Assembly (NCBI GenBank): GCA_963694535.1
Contig: CAVODE010000001.1
Location: 26,134 to 90,133 of the forward strand
Length of the DNA stretch: 64,000 bases
Reading direction: 5' to 3'
DNA from: Dehalococcoidia bacterium
GTDB lineage: Bacteria; Chloroflexota; Dehalococcoidia; UBA2979
Shown here: positions 63,731 through 64,000 of the stretch, one piece after another
Layout of the letters: every line of letters begins with the position of its first letter
Position numbering within the stretch: the first letter of the stretch is position 1
Notes under the pieces: model-generated
The model's input: the letters and a program-made list of their open reading frames with translations, nothing else
The model's database searches: none
Told to the model about the DNA's origin: nothing
Translations under genes and position numbers: made by a program

Positions 63731-64000
63731 TCACATGATATTTTTGGTGAGAATGCCGATTGTTATAACGGCAGCTAATAGAACTCTGTAATTAATAAAC
63801 AGGGATAGATTATATTTTTCTAGGTATGATAAGAAAAACTTGATTACAAGAATGCCGAATAAAAATGCTGTAGAAGAGCCAATAATCATTAGATTCCAGT
63901 CAATAGGAAGATCTGAACTGATGGATCTTAGTGCGGTTAAGACGCCTGCACTGATAATTACTGGTATAGCAAGTAAAAATGAGAACTCTGCAGATTGTTT
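63731..64000 (-). CDS. uppP: Undecaprenyl-diphosphatase (UppP/BacA), C-terminal part (partial; continues past the window end)
   Basis: Minus-strand translation ...AEFSFLLAIPVIISAGVLTALRS...IIGSSTAFLFGILVIKFFLSYLEKYNLSLFINYRVLLAAVITIGILTKNIM* matches the BacA C-terminus. Stop TGA at 63731..63733. Confidence 0.65.
   Translation of the reverse strand, partial: KQSAEFSFLLAIPVIISAGVLTALRSISSDLPIDWNLMIIGSSTAFLFGILVIKFFLSYLEKYNLSLFINYRVLLAAVITIGILTKNIM

Overview
This is a compact, gene-dense bacterial chromosomal segment with short or overlapping gene junctions and almost no intrinsic terminators. The gene content (two F420/luciferase-like LLM oxidoreductases, VKOR plus a DsbA-like protein, many CaiB-type CoA-transferases, SDRs, crotonases, MmgE/PrpD) suggests a marine oligotrophic heterotroph, perhaps SAR202-like Chloroflexota or an Actinomycetota; that taxonomic guess is inference only. 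Housekeeping genes: secA (5' part, runs off the window start), prs, ilvD, gltB-gltD, a rumA/rlmD-like methyltransferase, maf, and a partial uppP at the window end. Accessory content: a large catabolic paralog island (acyl-CoA dehydrogenase, three CaiB family-III CoA-transferases of which one is a tandem fusion, four SDRs, two crotonases, a TPP-dependent enzyme, two alpha/beta hydrolases, a serine hydrolase, MmgE/PrpD), several ABC transporters, peptidases (M20, M42-like, S15, GGT) and a tandem rhodanese. The two most notable calls are genes that a standard ORF caller splits in two, because each contains one in-frame TGA exactly at a redox-motif position. (1) A UGSC-family selenoprotein at 36472..37008 (-), with Sec at TGA 36712..36714, in an operon with a T5orf172-like protein, a 529-aa thioredoxin-fold fusion protein of unknown function, and a CaiB CoA-transferase. 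(2) A signal-peptide-bearing thioredoxin-fold selenoprotein at 31672..32211 (-), active site U-P-S-C, with Sec at TGA 31924..31926, downstream of an M20 peptidase. Each TGA is followed by a candidate SECIS hairpin. I also recognise a TPP (THI-box) riboswitch at about 56336..56425 upstream of a ThiXYZ-like ABC transporter. There is a perfect 6x12-nt tandem repeat encoding (ATTE)6 in a solute-binding lipoprotein, and a tandem pair of paralogous ~80-aa proteins between two crotonase genes. No rRNA, tRNA, CRISPR or clear mobile element was found.
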